Shown: positions 14,201-25,574, counted from the first letter of the stretch. The stretch is 64,000 nucleotides of DNA from Minutocellus sp. GHC0000111 (GCA_977018835.1 OZ361258.1:4340001-4404000); one strand, 5' to 3'. The notes: generated by a model not told the origin, from the sequence alone. Numbers and translations are program-made.

Positions 14201-14700
14201 CCCTCTTTCTTGCTCTTGCCATGCCGCTCCCGCACCAACGCCAGCAAGGCCGCCGCCTCCTTGTTGTTCGGATCGATCTTGAGCACATCGAGCAAATCCC
14301 GCGCGGCGGCATTCAGACATGTGTTGACCTCGTCCTCGGTGCTGGTGCTAAAGGTTGTGCTGGCCACCCTGCCTCGGGCTCGGCGGTACAAGGCCTTGCA
14401 TCGGAGCTGGGCGCGCTTGTCGGCGCCCGACGATGCAGATGGGGAGGATGTACTGGCATCCAAACACGCAATGGCCTCGTCGCATGCCGTAATGCAATCG
14501 GTGGCATCGGTCTGGTCCCTGCCGCGCTTGAGATGGACGAGACCGATGTTGGCCAATAATGTCGGTTTGAGGAGCGGATCGGCAGCACCGGCAGCATCGA
14601 GGGCCGATCGGTACGATGCAATCGCCTCGTCGAGTCGACCCTCTTGGAAGTGCGCATTGCCCCGCGCCTTGAGCTCGTCAGCGGTACTGGCGGACGTCAT
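11293..14700 (-). CDS. UNC45: UNC-45-like myosin chaperone (TPR + ARM/UCS domain)
   Basis: N-terminal TPRs (ELKARGNAHF, KALYRRARG) and UCS motifs (FEALMAITNLAS, VRRAATEAMSNL). Uninterrupted ~3.4-kb ORF; first ATG at 14700. Confidence 0.85.
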   Translation of the reverse strand: MTSASTADELKARGNAHFQEGRLDEAIASYRSALDAAGAADPLLKPTLLANIGLVHLKRGRDQTDATDCITACDEAIACLDASTSSPSASSGADKRAQLRCKALYRRARGRVASTTFSTSTEDEVNTCLNAAARDLLDVLKIDPNNKEAAALLALVRERHGKSKKEGGSDMARALAGLTTGSTNGNTKSEDKDDIDKNVDHSLKMIMGLLTRDVASAAMELGRRNGVSQLMEVATNANRRQHGQVHGHSIQHRVLALHALSAACSHGPFVRQYACPNALDQEELAHLISESCGGAAVESDAERPQQIAVAAIALFLRLVVHLDHTDEKMVQSVHDVNGSSVCRAIISGLSAPLSEDSTTCHRASIDLLSSWTASDMDALASAAEASDVYLESAANSGSNKQSNRLSEAQMNNLKPKEFAQYKKKMYEIHKHNQDRAKANAVLFCDMETGGLTALLDCAVSTSDHSLRREIGSAIGRLVTSFEEDDDVMKLVSPLLGYTGSIPSSSEGEAETSGTGSDMLTIEEIKEGGEESKEAHAEASNNEGPLASQGKRGQLVSALLLGKGKVGVWALKSGWADGNGMRELEELVSSEDSIAMSIASEIISAAASVKKGRPLLTAIVEKGCVETLLACDSREVRSGAASAIAKLGLANKDLSADEGEVFGLLQIAAELVTGTAEDNNQLIQKTAKIKRSSVDGSASSSDTTAIDRGIEVLSYLCSKTNIKEEIAHGFKAQSASNSILERLVELGSAPDAGEAHSAFGLATIFSLIAVSNQTLRDEAFAKADITSEQYDQLQALGKTVEEKELDKKQQDLDPKDAVSERIVRMANANVPRAMVKLMEGSSEATKEMLVVGMNRMAVEQTVRGLMIQQGCLSACLKVEKCESPSDIEKKTWHQARHCVAKLLVTTNPGLLTVSQRMGSIGPLIQLVHDHESTDLSRFEALMAITNLASLDEETKNRVIAEKGIARLGYAMFSDHEMVRRAATEAMSNLIPHPEMMKYLADPENIRLWVAFAREFDENLECSRAAIGCLAMASQDPKVAEVLAKAAHFEEMATSLLECGNLELMHRILVALLNMTDHGGKCKEAVISSGCGVFCQAYVQSYHDGTMASGLNFNEQEKGLLLVTVDLAKEVSKLCEK

Positions 14701-15156
14701 TGCGACTTGAATTGCGAGGCGCACGGCCGGCACGTGCAGTGCTTATGCTGGTATGCTGCTTTGTTGCAAACTTGGAGAGCTGGGGCTGGCCTGCCTCTGC
14801 TCCTCAGCAATATTATAATTGGCAATGCGGACAACTGATTCGCCTGGGATCAAGTTCCAGCGACCGAGGCGATACCAGTCAACACAAGCAACCGACGGCC
14901 AAGCGAGGAGTGAAAAATGAGGCGTTCAGCACCGCGTTTGCGTTGCTGGCACTTTCCGGGGCCACCCCCGCCCCCGAATGATCAAAAAACACAAAATCAG
15001 CACAAGACGGGCAAGGCGACGGGCCGACGGGCCGAACACAAAACGCTGGTGGCGGAAGGGAGTACAAGCGCTGCCTGCCAACTTGGCCCTTCCTGCAAAC
15101 AACCCACGGCTCAAGTCAGAAGGAAGCAGTTGAGTCGCGTCGCCGAAGCTGCTGTC

Positions 15157-15969
15157 ATGCTCACCCAAAGCCTCCTCTCCTTCATCTCCACCTTGGACTC
15201 GTACGGGGCCCAGACCTGGAACCTCCGCGCGGTGGCCGCCACGTCGGCCCTCGTCCTCTACCTCACCTACCGCATCGGCCGGTCAGGACCAGGCGGGAAA
15301 AAGCTCGGCAATGTGTGCTGGGAGGGATTCCTTCACGCCGCCCTCAGCGGCATCGGGAGCGCCATCTGCGTCTACCTGAACCACTTTGCCGCCGTGGAGA
15401 TTAGCGGCCAGGCCGAGCCGCTCCGGTCCATCCGGTGCGACGACGGAGATGCGTCGCCGCTCACCAGATTGCATCGGATATTGCCGGCCATTACCTTGGG
15501 GTATGGCATGTGCGACATTCTCGAGGGGCTGGACTTGGGACGGGACTTTTTGATCCACGCCACGGCGTTGGTGATTGTGATGGGCACCTGCTGCGAGCTT
15601 GGGTATAGTCACACCGTCACGCCCATGTTGATAATGGAGATATCGAGCATATGGCTCAACATTTCCAGCGCAACCTTTATATCGGAAACCATGAGCGTCG
15701 TGTTTCAGCTGTTGTTCGCGTCCTCGTTCTTTGTGGTGCGGATATTAATCGTCCCCTACATTTGGTTGGAGTGGGTTTGGACTTTGATCAGGGAAGAACG
15801 CGAGGGGCATACCATTTGCTTCCATTGGTCATTCAAGTACTTTGTTCTTGTCTTTGGTTGTTTATTCAATGCTCTCAACTTTTATTGGATGTACAAAATC
15901 ATTCGAAAGATAAAGAGGAAACTTTCCGGGAAGGAGAAGATGGCAGAGGCTGAACTCAAGGATAGATAA
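15157..15969 (+). CDS. TLC (TRAM/LAG1/CLN8) domain membrane protein
   Basis: Multiple TM segments with 'FLIHA', 'MEISSIWLN', 'FASSFFVVRI' and 'LNFYWMYKI' motifs. Confidence 0.8.
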   Translation: MLTQSLLSFISTLDSYGAQTWNLRAVAATSALVLYLTYRIGRSGPGGKKLGNVCWEGFLHAALSGIGSAICVYLNHFAAVEISGQAEPLRSIRCDDGDASPLTRLHRILPAITLGYGMCDILEGLDLGRDFLIHATALVIVMGTCCELGYSHTVTPMLIMEISSIWLNISSATFISETMSVVFQLLFASSFFVVRILIVPYIWLEWVWTLIREEREGHTICFHWSFKYFVLVFGCLFNALNFYWMYKIIRKIKRKLSGKEKMAEAELKDR

Positions 15970-16011
15970 TGCGGTATTTGGCGACTATGGTCTAAATAGA
16001 ATATCTTAGTA

Positions 16012-18261
16012 TTACAAGGCATGTCGCTTCCTATGCTTCTTGCCTCCCTGATGCTTAACGCCTCCTCTTGTGTAGCCTGAGTGAGCGCCAAATGCTCCTG
16101 AATTGACGATGAGGCCCCCGCCGGAGCTTGCTAATATGTCGGGATCTCCGTCGGTGTGACAGCCGTATGGATCTTTGTTTCGGTCTTTGCGGCCCTTCTT
16201 GCCGTGTTTCTTCATGCTCTTGTGAGCTTTTCCTCGTTTTCCACCAGGAGCCTGATATCCAGCATCTTCCGTGGCAACTCCTGCCACCATATCGAGCAAG
16301 TCCAAATCATCTTCAATGTCGAGCTCATCAAAATCATCGGCAATACCATCATCATCGGTAGGCGACGCCTCCTTCTCCTCAAGTAGCAGCTCGGCCTCCA
16401 ATCCAAGCTTATCCTTGAGCTTCTTTGCATTTCGGAAGGCGGTGACCAATGTCTCGCGCTGGTAGTCGGCATTGCTCTCGACGGCACGTCCATCGCAGTT
16501 GTCAACAACGCCCAGTTCAGGTGGAGGATGGCAGTAAATGAGCTTGCCCTCTGTATAATCCTTGATGACTACCCTAGATGCACGCTGATAATCGGGCACG
16601 CCACTGGCCGGGGCCAGCAAAGATCTGGCAATGCAGTAGGTTCCCAACAATTCCTCAGCTGTAGGTGGCGGAAGACGCGTGCCACCAGCCGTGACAAGAC
16701 TCGCACCGCTACTAACGGGCTGATGCGGCTCGGCCAGTCCTCGTTCTCTCAGATCTTGCATCGATGGAGTTGGAAGCTTGATGCCATAGTGTGCATTGAG
16801 GACCTCTCGAGGTATTCTCTTGCAGATAATCTCGACGACCGGCCAATGATCCCGCATCTGAGCAATGGGATAGACACCGGCGGCAATCAGATCGGCTGTC
16901 GAAGAGACAAACGAGGGAAAGACCAGACCGGGGCAATCACACAGCAGAATGTCATCACGATCGGGCAAATGGAGCGTCTGGAAGTGCCTTGTCTTGCCTG
17001 GCTGAGCGGCCACACACACACGAACCAGACCATGGGTATGCTTGGAAACTCCAGCAAGGACGTTGATGACGGAACTCTTACCGACGTTGGGGAAACCAAC
17101 CATACCGAACTGAACCTTACCACCATTGTGCTCCTCATTGGCAACAATATCGTGCCGAGAGGCAAAGGCTGGAAGAGCCTCGAGGAGCTGAGCTCGGGTG
17201 AGAGGTGTCTTGACGCCATAGATGTCGCCAGAATCACTGCTGTTGCTATTGGCCTGGTTCGTGGCCTCTGTGGCTGCCTCATCATCATTATTATCATTGA
17301 TCTGTTCAGCAGATTCCTTTGCAACCTCCTCCTCATCTCTATCCTCCTGCTCCTCTTCTTCATCAGCTCTTGCCTTTCGGGCCTCCTCATCCAACTTCTT
17401 CTGCTCCTCATGCGCCGAGAAGAATATATGCTCAATATCTTCCTGGACCAGATACTCATGCCACGCCCTCCGCTGCTTGGCCGTGAGATAGTCCGACTTG
17501 TTCACCAGCACAATCATGGGCTTGCCCAGCTCCTCGCAGGCATACTTGCGCAGATCCTGACTCAGGTAGAACATGGGATTGCGCGCATCGAGAATTTGGA
17601 CGATGCAATCGGATCGTTCCATGACGCGCCACAGTTGACGCCACACCTCCAAGTTCTTCTCGAACGGGGTGACGGTGGCACTGCCGCCCAGCGCGGCGAT
17701 CTGCTCCTCGCGCTTGGCGATGGCTCGGCGCCATTCCAGGAAGGATTCGTTCTCGGCCTGACGGAGTTCGTCGGGAGTCGTGCTCTCATCCCACGCCGGT
17801 CGGCGGGGTACCGACAATTCCTTGAACCGAAAGTCGTCCAGACCCGTGCTGGAAGCGGCGCCGCCCTTGGTATCATCGGACCACTTGACGCCGCTGGGCC
17901 GCGGCTCGGCAGCACTCATCGCGCCTTCCACGTCGGGCTTGTACTCCACCCCGGTCGAATCCAGCACGACGAATCGCTCCCTCTCGCTGACGAATTCCCG
18001 GTTGGCCATCTCGGCCTGCCCGATGAAACCGGCCAGGTCGTCCATTTCCAGCACGGAGCGGGTGCCGGGACCCTCGGCGGCGCGGTCGATGCCGATCGAT
18101 GCGGCGCCCGTGGCCTGCATGCCGCCCGGTCCGCGGGAGGCGCCGTTCATCTTGGGCTTGTAGCGCTTCTTTTGGGAGCGTTCGAGGGCCCGGCCCATGC
18201 CGGCGGCTCGCTCGGTCTTTTTGGGCTTGCCCTTGCGGGAGGTTCCCTGGCTGCGGGGCAT
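16012..18261 (-). CDS. LSG1: Large subunit GTPase 1 (60S export, circularly permuted GTPase)
   Basis: TPFEKNLEVWRQLWRV, ILDARNP, NKSD, GFPNVGKSS, PGKTRHFQT and DCPGLVFP. Confidence 0.95.
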   Translation of the reverse strand: MPRSQGTSRKGKPKKTERAAGMGRALERSQKKRYKPKMNGASRGPGGMQATGAASIGIDRAAEGPGTRSVLEMDDLAGFIGQAEMANREFVSERERFVVLDSTGVEYKPDVEGAMSAAEPRPSGVKWSDDTKGGAASSTGLDDFRFKELSVPRRPAWDESTTPDELRQAENESFLEWRRAIAKREEQIAALGGSATVTPFEKNLEVWRQLWRVMERSDCIVQILDARNPMFYLSQDLRKYACEELGKPMIVLVNKSDYLTAKQRRAWHEYLVQEDIEHIFFSAHEEQKKLDEEARKARADEEEEQEDRDEEEVAKESAEQINDNNDDEAATEATNQANSNSSDSGDIYGVKTPLTRAQLLEALPAFASRHDIVANEEHNGGKVQFGMVGFPNVGKSSVINVLAGVSKHTHGLVRVCVAAQPGKTRHFQTLHLPDRDDILLCDCPGLVFPSFVSSTADLIAAGVYPIAQMRDHWPVVEIICKRIPREVLNAHYGIKLPTPSMQDLRERGLAEPHQPVSSGASLVTAGGTRLPPPTAEELLGTYCIARSLLAPASGVPDYQRASRVVIKDYTEGKLIYCHPPPELGVVDNCDGRAVESNADYQRETLVTAFRNAKKLKDKLGLEAELLLEEKEASPTDDDGIADDFDELDIEDDLDLLDMVAGVATEDAGYQAPGGKRGKAHKSMKKHGKKGRKDRNKDPYGCHTDGDPDILASSGGGLIVNSGAFGAHSGYTRGGVKHQGGKKHRKRHAL

Positions 18262-18518
18262 GGTGCTGCTGCTTTTGCTGAGTGTAGGAAATGAAATGAA
18301 ATTGGCGGAGAATTAGAAGGCAACTTCAGGGAGACCAAGAGCTTGAGATTGGACCAGTGTTGTCGACCCCTCCAGGCTAGAAGCCAGAACGCCTTGGAGG
18401 CTTGGAGGGAGATTTTGGCGCCAAACACTTCGCGCTGATTTCGTGGCGGTGGGAGAAAGAAACCCGGATTTTGACGATCGACGGAAAGACCCACATTGTG
18501 TCACAATTCGATTCATGC

Positions 18519-18661
18519 TTCAAAAAGATACTAGTACGACGAGTACTTCAACTGTCGACGCCTGCAAAAGGTGACCGCTCTGTTCAACGTTCAAAAAGAT
18601 ACGACGAGTCAATAGTACTTTCTCTGTCGACGCCTGCAAAAGGTGACTGCTCTGTTCAACG
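18519..18661. repeat. Imperfect tandem duplication (~71-72 bp x2) in divergent promoter
   Basis: 'ttcaaaaagatac...ctgtcgacgcctgcaaaaggtgac(c/t)gctctgttcaacg' at 18519-18589 and 18590-18661. Confidence 0.9.
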
Positions 18662-18697
18662 CCGCGGTCTTCACAGTCATACTAGACTAGTACGAAG

Positions 18698-21195
18698 ATG
18701 GCCAAGAAAAAGAAGAAATCGGCGGCCGCCCCCGCTCCCGCTCCCGCCACTGCCGCCTCCGCCCCCGCTGAGCCGCCCAACGCCGAGGCCGAGAGGCTTC
18801 GTCTAGCCGGGAACGATGCGTTCGTGACTCAGGATTGGGAAAGGGCGGCATCTCTGTACCTTGAATCTCTCTCGATCGATCCAGCGTCCAAGAATTCTGC
18901 AAAGGTTTACTCGAATCTGGCGCAAACCTACGTAAAGCAAGGCCTGTATCAGAAGGCCGCCGAGCGGTGTACCAGTGCCGATCCTGAATGGGCCAAGGGT
19001 TGGTGGCGCCGCGCGACGGTGGCATTCCTCAACAAGAACTATCTCGAAGCGCTGAGTCACTACTCCAACGCGCTTCAGCTCGACAAGACCAATAAGGTCT
19101 TTGAGAAAGATATGAGGTGTGCCAAGATCCTTGGTGGGACAATCACCCGAGAGGGAGAGGATGGGTTTTTGACGTACAAGCCCAACGATGGTGATACTAA
19201 GAGAGGTCCCAACAAGGTGATGAAGTCGATTGAGGATACCAAAAAAACTCCCAGTTGGAGGGTTTGGAATCGACTGTATCCCGGAGGTCATGAAATTCGT
19301 CTCGAATACATCTGGAGGGGCAGTCTCGACCTGAACCACCCAACCTCGGAACAGTGAGTGAATTGCGATTCTTTCTACTAAACACACACACACAAACATG
19401 GCTGAATTATGCAAATGATTCGCAATTCTCTTTGCGAACGCACTGGCGAAACGCAAACTCACCACAACCACTTCAATACGAAAATCTTTTATCTTCATTA
19501 CCCACTTAGATGGATTGGCGAAGGACTAACACAATGGTACAAGTCCATGCGATGTGCTCTCTTCGTTGTTGCATTTCAGGCCCAGCACGCTCATCCGGTT
19601 TGTCGTCGTTTGGTTGAAAGTGTCCAGGCTCTCCGCGTTCAGATAACCGGTTCGACGGATTGGCGCCCAAACGATGAGTTTGAGTTCCAGTGCTGGTCGC
19701 GATTCGACGGTCTCCTGAAAAGTCAGGTCGTCGACGACCTCTGCAGCGCATTCACCCATCTGGCCGGGCAATACATCATGTTTGAGATGGGCGATGGCGA
19801 AGAGAACCAGAGCCGTTACATTCCGATTCCAGACTGTCTTTCCTTCATGCCTCGAGGTCAGGCTGCGTCATCACGTGCCAAGGAATGGAGCTATTCCAGG
19901 ACTTGGGCCTTGGTAACGTAGTGGTCTCGGAAGCTGTCCACGCTGCCATGTATAATGGTTTGCGAGCTGGAGGAGCGTCGCTGCCTCCGCATGTCAAAAT
20001 CGGCACTCCCAAGGAAGCCTTTAGTTGCTGCCTCGATAAGCTTCGGTCCGGCGTTACATTTGACGACGGACTTCGGCGCTACATCTCTCTCCTCTACCGC
20101 GGCACTGTTGTCTTTTCCGTCATTATGCGTATCCACGGCATGGTCGACAAGTTTTGTGCCTATCTACGCTGGGCGCGAGAATTCATCGAGTTGGCCGATG
20201 ATCATTTCCAGGTACGCGAAACCGGGAACTATACCGAGATGGGTTCCTGCTTCCGAGCTTCCTTTCAGATCAACATACTCTGGGCTGAGATCGACACCTA
20301 CCACTTTCTCATGCCAAAAAGCTCAAAGTGCAAAATAACTTCGGGGGCATTTCCTCTCTTGGGTCTTTTGCAGCTTCTGAAAAAGGCCAGGGACTTGCTG
20401 GAAATACCACTCGGGACGCACATCGGCGACTACCAAGAATGTACCATGACTACTGCCTTCAAACGCAAGCCAACCGCTGGTGTCTTTTCTCTGCTCGCCG
20501 TGACGATGAAAGACATGGCTTCTAGAATGGAGCAGGGCGACTTTCGCGCCCTTTTGGTGGATACCGGCCACATCGACGCGGACTGTTCCTTGAGCCCAGC
20601 AGGCATCATTGCCTCCTTTTTTCGAAGGGCAGCCGAAGCGGAGCTACCAGACGACCAGAATGCATCTATCTACTGGCTAGGATATGGCGCGAATTGTTGC
20701 GAAGCTGACGAGAGCGACAGGTATACTCTTGGGAACCTTCGAGAAGCTCTAAGAAATTCTACCCTTGCACAACAATGTCGAGATGTCGGCATATTCGGAC
20801 CGGATACTGACGCAGGTGGTTCCTACGGATCAATGTGCAAATTGGTATGCCGGCACTACTCCACTGAAGCAAACGATTCATTTATCCTCCCACAAGTCTG
20901 CATAACCAACAGAGGCAAAAGAACGACCCTGGAGATCGGCAATGAGATCATTTGCCAGGATTTTGGGCGATTAATCGAAGAGGAGCGGGAGCGTTTTGCA
21001 GACAAGCAGCAGGAAAAGGACGACAAGTTATTCGAACAGTTTGAGGCCGAGCACGGCGAGGCTGAGAATTTGGGCGTGCCGCCACTTGCTATGCTTGCCA
21101 TTAGATCCCTCCATAAGGCAGGGTATGATTATGCCAAAGGCGAAAGCGACCCATCGTCAATCATTCTGAAGGCTATGCAAGATCAGAAGGCTTAG
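18698..21195 (+). pseudogene. TPR-containing protein (STI1-like N-terminal TPRs); one frameshift
   Basis: TPR motifs (RLAGNDAF, YSNLAQTY, WAKGWWRRA). Intron 19354-19509. The frame shifts at ~19860-19885 into the 436-aa ORF. Confidence 0.65.
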
Positions 21196-21345
21196 AAGAA
21201 CATACATGTACTGGCCATGTGATGATTCTATTCATATGATAACTTAAAGGGCATTTTCCTACCTCTTAGAACCTTGGAGCCGGTTCAAAATCTACCAACT
21301 CCTGCGATTAACGGCCCACGCCTCTTATCCCTTCCTCTGTTGAAC

Positions 21346-22202
21346 TCATTCATCCCAGAAGATCTCATTGGCAATGTCGTCATCGTCAACTACGTCGACA
21401 TCACAGACCTCGTCCTCGCCCTTGATCTTCTTCACCGACACCAGATGAGGTCCAATCTCAACCTCGACATCGACCTCGTTACTGTCGGTGTAGTCCTTCC
21501 CGATGTCGGTTTGAACGTAGAAAGCAAAGGCGAGGTAATAATCATCCTTGGGAAGAGATTCAGTGGGAAAGTAGAATTTGCCGGTGGTCGTCTCGTAAAC
21601 CTCTCCATCATAAGGCTTTTCGTTGGCATAATCGTCGTCACGGTAGATCTCAAGATACTCTACACGCATTCAAATATAAAAGAAGGGGGAAAGCATGGAG
21701 TTAGAGGAGTCATTTGCTCGATGAAAAGAAGAAGGCAGTCTCCTCCTCGACAAAAACAAAAGCAGAGTGAACGTGAGTTGGACTTACCAACCTTGATAGG
21801 AACGCGGCCGTTTGGCTTGGGATCAATGGGAGCGATGTTCTGAGTCATGCAGTCATCAAACGAAGTGCAGCCCTTGAAAATAGCAGCCCGCATCAAAGCC
21901 CTGCTGTCTAGGGAAATATCAGCAGAATAGTCTGTTAAGTCGATTTCTTTGAGGAACAGAGTCTCGACCGTGGCTTCAACGAGGAGGGCTTCGTCGTCTT
22001 CAATCTTGAAATGCCCCATATCAATCCAGGCAGCCGCAGCGTCGTAATCATAACTCTCGGAATCGCTAAGGCCAACGGAAGCAGTTGCGGTTGCTCCGTC
22101 GCGGTAGCAGAACTTCGTCTCCGCCTTGCCCCCCTTCAGCTTCTTCGCATTGGCAGCAGCGGCACTGACGATGAGAGGGAGGAGGGTGGTAGAAAGCTTC
22201 AT
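21346..22202 (-). CDS. Secreted acidic protein of unknown function
   Basis: Signal peptide MKLSTTLLPLIVSAAAANA. Intron 21660-21787 (GTAAGT...TAG) joins the two ORFs in frame. Confidence 0.75.
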
Positions 22203-22735
22203 CTTGATGCGGATTGTTTTGTGTTGCAAATTGTATCGATTGTCGAATTGTGAGCTTGTTATCGCTCTTGAAATGATTGGTTTTGAAGAATAGCAACACA
22301 CCGTGGGCATCATCAAAAGTTTCACGCGTCCAAATCAATCGTATAAACATTTTACCGTGGTTTCCGTGTTGCGTGCCAAATATTGTCGAAGCATTCATCC
22401 TCTAGCTATAATACGCTACAACTACTAGAGGATCATACTCATAGTGTGTTCAAACTAAACATCGGGCGGAACTAATCATTTCGTCTTGTTTTGCGTGATG
22501 GGTGATACGTCGTACTCTCTTGCTCGGTTCGTTGGGCATCGTGGAGGAGGAAAAAGTTTCAGATTGAAAATTTCACTCTGCACCACGCTCTTGATGTTTC
22601 ACGCCGTCCAAGAACCATACTCAAAACACTGGGGAATACAATCGCACGTCGTTGTTCTTTTTGTGCGAACCACTTGCGACACAAGATGCATCATTGCGAA
22701 CCTGCAAACCTTCATCAAAATGCCACAAAAAATCC

Positions 22736-23611
22736 CTATCGAGGTACCGCTCGAGCCACAATAATTATAATGTCAAATATCATCACCGCAAAGATCAAAG
22801 CCACGAAGCATCGGAAGGCGCACATGTTGCCCCGTCCAATGGCCGACCCCACCCAGGGGCACACGTGATCATGCTCCTCAATGACACAGGCACACTCGGA
22901 ATCGTACCGAGCCTTCAACGGACGGTAGGTCAAGGACTGATCATTCCAGATCCACTGTTGCCCCTCCGCCCCGTCGGGCTTTTCGGCACGTCGTCGCAGA
23001 ATACCAGGATCTCGGAAAGAAACACAGACCATGGATATCATCAGACATGCCGTAAGGACTGCACACGCCGCAATGATTCCTGGATGTTCGTCAGAGAGTC
23101 CAAGCACAACGACTGCTACGGTAAGCCCGATAACCGCCGGCCAAGTGATGCAAGCATTGACCGGCCAATAAGGTCCAGCAACGCACTTCAAGTTCACATT
23201 TTCATCACCGTCAATATCCCCAACCAGCACGGCCATGTTGCCCACCCGCTTGGCACCCAGCATATTGCAGAACCACGCCCCGACGCACAGATAGGTCTCA
23301 AACTCGGCCTGCCGGGACGATCTGGTGTCCCGCCCAGAGGTTCGGCGCTCTCTCCGCCGTCTCTTGCCGGATTGGACCGTGTCGTGCCACGTCGGATCGA
23401 CGCATCCCACCGCCCACGGACTGGCCTTCCAGTGCTCCTCGCGCAGGTGTTGGGGTGAAGTGGATGTGGATGTGGATGGGTCAGAGGCAGAGGGCGGGGC
23501 CGAGGGCTTTTCGGTCGCTGATGGTGCCGAGGTTGCATGATCATCGCACGCCTCGTTTTCACCGGCCTCTTCGTTGTGGGGCGGCAACTCATTTGCGTCG
23601 TTAGGAAGCAT
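22736..23611 (-). CDS. DHHC-type S-acyltransferase-like protein (DHVC variant); start uncertain
   Basis: 'DPGIL', 'YRPLKARYDSECACVIEEHDHVCPWVGSAIGRGN' and flanking TM helices. Confidence 0.8.
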   Translation of the reverse strand: MLPNDANELPPHNEEAGENEACDDHATSAPSATEKPSAPPSASDPSTSTSTSPQHLREEHWKASPWAVGCVDPTWHDTVQSGKRRRRERRTSGRDTRSSRQAEFETYLCVGAWFCNMLGAKRVGNMAVLVGDIDGDENVNLKCVAGPYWPVNACITWPAVIGLTVAVVVLGLSDEHPGIIAACAVLTACLMISMVCVSFRDPGILRRRAEKPDGAEGQQWIWNDQSLTYRPLKARYDSECACVIEEHDHVCPWVGSAIGRGNMCAFRCFVALIFAVMIFDIIIIVARAVPR

Positions 23612-23983
23612 CGGAGCGTCGAAAGGAGTGCAAGAAGAAGATCGGGTATTGTACAGGCAAGTTCCCTCCTCCTTCAATACCAGTGGGAATTCCTTCCAGC
23701 CACTCTGCAACTCTTGGCTTGACGATTGCTTTGCTTCCGGGTTCGCAAACACTCTTCAAAGATTATTTTCCTGAAATTTTCTCATTTGGGAAGAAATGAA
23801 AGAGTGGCGCCAAAGGTGCAACGGCGGAAATCAAACGAAATCAAACACGAAGATTCGGCGGTATCCTGCTCAAAAGTCGAGGAGGTACCGACAAGTGGGT
23901 ACCTCATTGGAGGCAAAAGACAACTGACAATTGAACTGAAATCGAGTAGTGAATTCCCGCTCAATCGTATTGTAGAATCTGCA

Positions 23984-25574
23984 ATGAGGCTCATACTATC
24001 GGCAGCTGCTGTATCGGCGTCCACCATCGCCGTCGTGCTCTCGGCCTCGTCCATCGTTCCGGGCACATCCGCCTCTCGCGTCGAACGGCAGACGATCGAC
24101 CGGTCGTTGGCCAACGACAAGACATGGACGACGACGGAGCAGGGCAACTGCTGGGAGTAAGTCAAGTTACGTATGGGGTTGTGGTTGTGGTTGTGGTTGC
24201 TGTATGATCTGCCGATCGCGCGCATGTAGATCTAAGCTTTTGTGACGACGTGGTACAATTCATGCATGTAACCGGCACAAATCAAATCATTGTTCTCACC
24301 ATATCGTCATTCCCACGTTACATGCACGCATCCTCCCCTCCCATCCAATATTGCACCACCAAGATACCTCACCAATGACTACTGACACTTCATGCCCTTC
24401 TGGGATGGTTGGAAAGCCCCCAACGAGGGCAAGCACAACGCCCACATGGCCGAATTTTGCTGCGAATTTTCCGCCGAGCTGGTCGATCCGACCTGTCCCG
24501 ACAACGGGGGATTTCCCAATGCTCCCGCCGAGTCCATGGTCTGCTCTATATTCGAGCAGGATCTCCCCATGCGAGCCACTTTGAGGCGCCAGGCACGAGA
24601 TGCCTGCTACTGCTACTACCGCACTTTGGGATGCGACAACAGTTTGTTGGAGGAGGGCGGGTATTGCAACTACCCGACGAACGAAATTGTTCTTGATGAC
24701 TTTCGATTTGCCAACAGCTCTTTGGTCAACATGTGCAACAACGAGCTCGAGCACCACAACGATGACAAGAGCTATCCCGACGATTATCCCTGGCATTTCG
24801 AGGGACAATCATTCAACCAGTGCCTGGGGTACTGCCTTCTCAAGCGAGGTGATCCCAACCGAGTGTTCAAGCCCACCGTTTCCAACCAACAGTGCTGTCT
24901 TGATACCAACGGAGAAGGCTTTGGGTTCGAGGTGCACGGATACGAGGCCAACGAAAATGCCAACAGAGAAATCGCCTTCTTCCCGGCCGTTGGTGACCCG
25001 AACCAGAGGGACTATGATTACTTCTTCAGCACCACTTCTACTCCCGACAGCGTCACCTTTGCCGCCCCCTCTTCAACGTATGGCATTTCCATCAGCTACG
25101 ATGGCGTTTTCACGGCCACGATGGAGGTGGACAGACATGGCGGCGACACGGCCATTCACATGGTAGATGATTTCCACATCGATTGCGAGCCTGGGCAGTG
25201 GGATAGTCTCAACATTCACGTCTACGACGAATCTCCCGACGGAGGCATTGCCTTCACCAACGTTGTTCTCGATAACGAGCCACTTGGTGACTTTGGCTTT
25301 GCAGTGAAGGACGAATCCTGCCCTGTGTATGCCATCAAGCCCGACATCGACGGAGTGTACGGCCACAACAATACGTGCGTTTCGCGCCCCGGGGGTTATG
25401 GGCATGTTGCCGGATTCGAGCTCACTGGCACAGTCGAGCGATGACATTGGCTTGGCGCTCACCGTTGGATGCAGCAAGCCCAAGGCCGTCAAGGAGGTCG
25501 GGTGCTGCGGCAAGACGAATAAGGAGGTCCCAACCGCTTGGGCTGGTTGGTTGCAGGAGACGGCGTATCTGTGA
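23984..25574 (+). pseudogene. Secreted Cys-rich protein with in-frame TGA and a 3' frameshift
   Basis: Signal peptide plus RSL propeptide-like motif. Intron 24157-24363 puts TGA 24383-24385 in frame before ORF 24392-25444. The GC3-rich C-terminus continues in another frame to 25574. Confidence 0.7.

Noticed and set aside
16528..18294. 588-aa plus-strand ORF (likewise 29134-30609, 32405-34312, 13618-14559)
   Set aside because: These are antisense shadows of LSG1, FtsH, SiR and UNC-45 caused by codon bias, with no recognisable motifs.
24177..24199. (GTTGTG)n microsatellite in an intron, and an 18-bp duplication at ~25638-25676
   Set aside because: Ordinary slippage repeats with no further signal.
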